Below, piece after piece: positions 62,358 to 64,000 of a stretch of DNA of 64,000 bases (position 1 is the first letter of the stretch; every line of letters begins with the position of its first letter). A program made the translations under genes and the position numbers. Source of the DNA: an uncultured Nitrososphaerales archaeon (GTDB taxonomy: Archaea > Thermoproteota > Nitrososphaeria > Nitrososphaerales > Nitrososphaeraceae); contig CAVOHZ010000003.1 of the NCBI GenBank assembly GCA_963695855.1, positions 128,001-192,000 on the forward strand, in the 5' to 3' direction. The notes beneath the pieces were generated by a model, which was not told the origin of the DNA, ran no database searches, and saw only the letters and a list, made by a program, of their open reading frames with translations.

Positions 62358-62433
62358 TGCTCCGACCGGGATTTGAACCCGGGATCGTCGCCTTGAGAGG
62401 GCGAAATGCTTAACCGGACTACACCATCGGAGC
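62358..62433 (-). tRNA. tRNA-Glu(CTC)
   Basis: GCTCCGA/TCGGAGC acceptor stem, TCGCC-CTCTCAA-GGCGA anticodon arm, T loop TTCAAAT. Confidence 0.96.
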
Positions 62434-62578
62434 CCAACACAATAGAGACGTTCTCAATATAAAAATTCTGTTAGTGCTAAGTAAAAATGAATTTAACAAA
62501 GTTTATTATGGTTCGAACGATCAGTAGAAGATTCAGGAAATTTAATACTTAAAGAAAAATAAATTTTATAACTGAAAT

Positions 62579-62821
62579 TTAAACAGTTATAACAGGGGCT
62601 TCTAGCGGTTCAACGGTTTTTTTGGTTTTAGCACGTAACTTGGCTTTATATTTTAGATTACGTGGTTTAGTTCTCAATCGATAACCACAACATGGGCACC
62701 ACAATCCATCCCATTTTATGAAGATTTCACAAATTTGGCAGCGTTTTTGTCCGCTGGCATACCTTCCAGAACCTACTGGTTTCTGAGCTTTATGTCTAAC
62801 GCAAATACCTTTACAAGTCAT
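62579..62821 (-). CDS. small basic Cys-rich zinc-ribbon protein
   Basis: MTCKGIC...RCQIC...WCPCCG.RLR. Confidence 0.8.
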   Translation of the reverse strand: MTCKGICVRHKAQKPVGSGRYASGQKRCQICEIFIKWDGLWCPCCGYRLRTKPRNLKYKAKLRAKTKKTVEPLEAPVITV

Positions 62822-62942
62822 TGGTATATATATATCATAAACGACTATTTAAATATGAATAAAGTCATATTGTGATAAAATTTAATAAACTAGGAGAAAA
62901 ATTTTTAAAAAATAAAAAAAATATCAATAGTTTGGGAATTTT

Positions 62943-63197
62943 TTAACTTACTGATATACTCTTTGCCTGAAACGCTTCGTTCATGGAAACGTATTCTTCT
63001 ATTTTCATCTTGATATCATCTGGATCAGTATCATCCATTCCCTGAAATCCTGCCTTAAATGAGATTGTATTTCCAGAAACGTTGACATTGTCAATTTCCA
63101 TGTCTGCATAAACATTTGATAATTCAGTAACCCAGTCCTTAGCTTCTTGTGAGTCTATTCCATTGGTATCAATATTTACATTTAGCATTTTTGCCAT
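62943..63197 (-). CDS. small acidic hypothetical protein
   Basis: 84-aa ORF with an upstream TATA-like element. Confidence 0.75.
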   Translation of the reverse strand: MAKMLNVNIDTNGIDSQEAKDWVTELSNVYADMEIDNVNVSGNTISFKAGFQGMDDTDPDDIKMKIEEYVSMNEAFQAKSISVS

Positions 63198-63281
63198 CCA
63201 AATACACCTAACTGATTTATGAAAAAGACATTAATAAATTTGACTAATATAGCTTATAAATATCGAGTAAAAATTTAAAAG

Positions 63282-63446
63282 CTATTCTTTTTCATCAAAT
63301 CTCCAATATTTTATGAGTTCTTTTTCAAATTTTGAAAACTGATTATCATTTAATGATTCTCCGCAATTTTTATGAGTCGGTACTACTCGCATTCCTGCTA
63401 GTTTGAAATCAACCTCATAAAAATGAACAGAAGCACAATCACACAT
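63282..63446 (-). CDS. small hypothetical protein (likely start MCDC at 63446)
   Basis: MCDCASVH...PTHKNCG; the longer track version would overlap the divergent gene. Confidence 0.6.
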   Translation of the reverse strand: MCDCASVHFYEVDFKLAGMRVVPTHKNCGESLNDNQFSKFEKELIKYWRFDEKE

Positions 63447-63559
63447 TACATTAGAATATAAATGATATCCATTTATATTCTTATTAGCCTTAAAATCTCG
63501 TCTAAAAATCATGAAAATATAATAAACATTTATCAATCCTTTTTTAGTTATTATCTTAT

Positions 63560-64000
63560 ATGAAAAAGCATTCATTGATTCAATTTGGATCAAAAATGTC
63601 AGTCAAAATAATCTGCCTCACTTTGGTACTGTCATTAGGAACAATATTTATGACTTTACCTGATTCACAAGCTGAAGATAATAATTGGTATGTTGGAGAA
63701 GGAGTGAAAAAGGATATGTACGTAAAGTATTTAGTCTCACATTACGATGTTAATAATGGAAGAGAATTTGAGATAACTATATATTTCAAAGATCAAGACG
63801 AGAAGGGAAATTGGATTGCTCCAGTATATGTTGAAGATCAGGGAAAAGTTTTAGTAGGAACATTTAGGCTCAGTCCCCTTGACTTGACTGCATTAGGAAC
63901 ATCAGAAATACCGCCAGAGATGAGAGAGTATAGAAGTGGTTATGCTAATTCGTTACAATGGCTTGCAGCATATGTACCTAAACCAGGAAATTCACTCAAC
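63560..64000 (+). CDS. secreted hypothetical protein, runs off the window edge
   Basis: Open frame from ATG 63560/63596: signal-like IICLTLVLSLGTIF..SQA|EDNNWYVGEG...; no stop. Not in the ORF track. Confidence 0.8.
   Translation, partial: MKKHSLIQFGSKMSVKIICLTLVLSLGTIFMTLPDSQAEDNNWYVGEGVKKDMYVKYLVSHYDVNNGREFEITIYFKDQDEKGNWIAPVYVEDQGKVLVGTFRLSPLDLTALGTSEIPPEMREYRSGYANSLQWLAAYVPKPGNSLN

Noticed and set aside
62207-62440. 77-aa ORF on the minus strand
   Set aside because: Translation of tRNA-Glu and the antisense of the sRNA candidate
1-64000. CRISPR array, provirus or defence island
   Set aside because: No regularly spaced repeat-spacer pattern, cas, capsid or site-specific integrase gene was seen on reading the window

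Overview
AT-rich archaeal chromosomal window. The gene content (type IB topoisomerase, PriS/PriL, SRP54, Pus10, Dph6, cofG/cofH, type II GAPDH, S24e/S27ae, EF-1beta, L10e) points to an ammonia-oxidising archaeon of Nitrososphaerota, probably a low-GC Nitrososphaeraceae such as Nitrosocosmicus (inference). Most of it is housekeeping. It also holds three tRNA genes (Tyr with two introns, Met, Glu), two recognisable IS5-family elements, two decayed transposase relics and several interrupted genes. No CRISPR array, provirus or defence island was seen. Best leads: (1) a 160-aa HEAT protein that looks like one half of eukaryotic deoxyhypusine hydroxylase; (2) an unannotated box C/D sRNA candidate tail-to-tail with tRNA-Glu, whose guide is complementary to that tRNA's D-loop; (3) a degenerate Pus10 together with two tRNAs that carry C54 instead of U54; (4) frameshifted genes, including a hidden zinc-ribbon gene and a tRNA-splicing endonuclease subunit split at an A11 run. 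All product calls come from motif recognition by eye, with no database searches.
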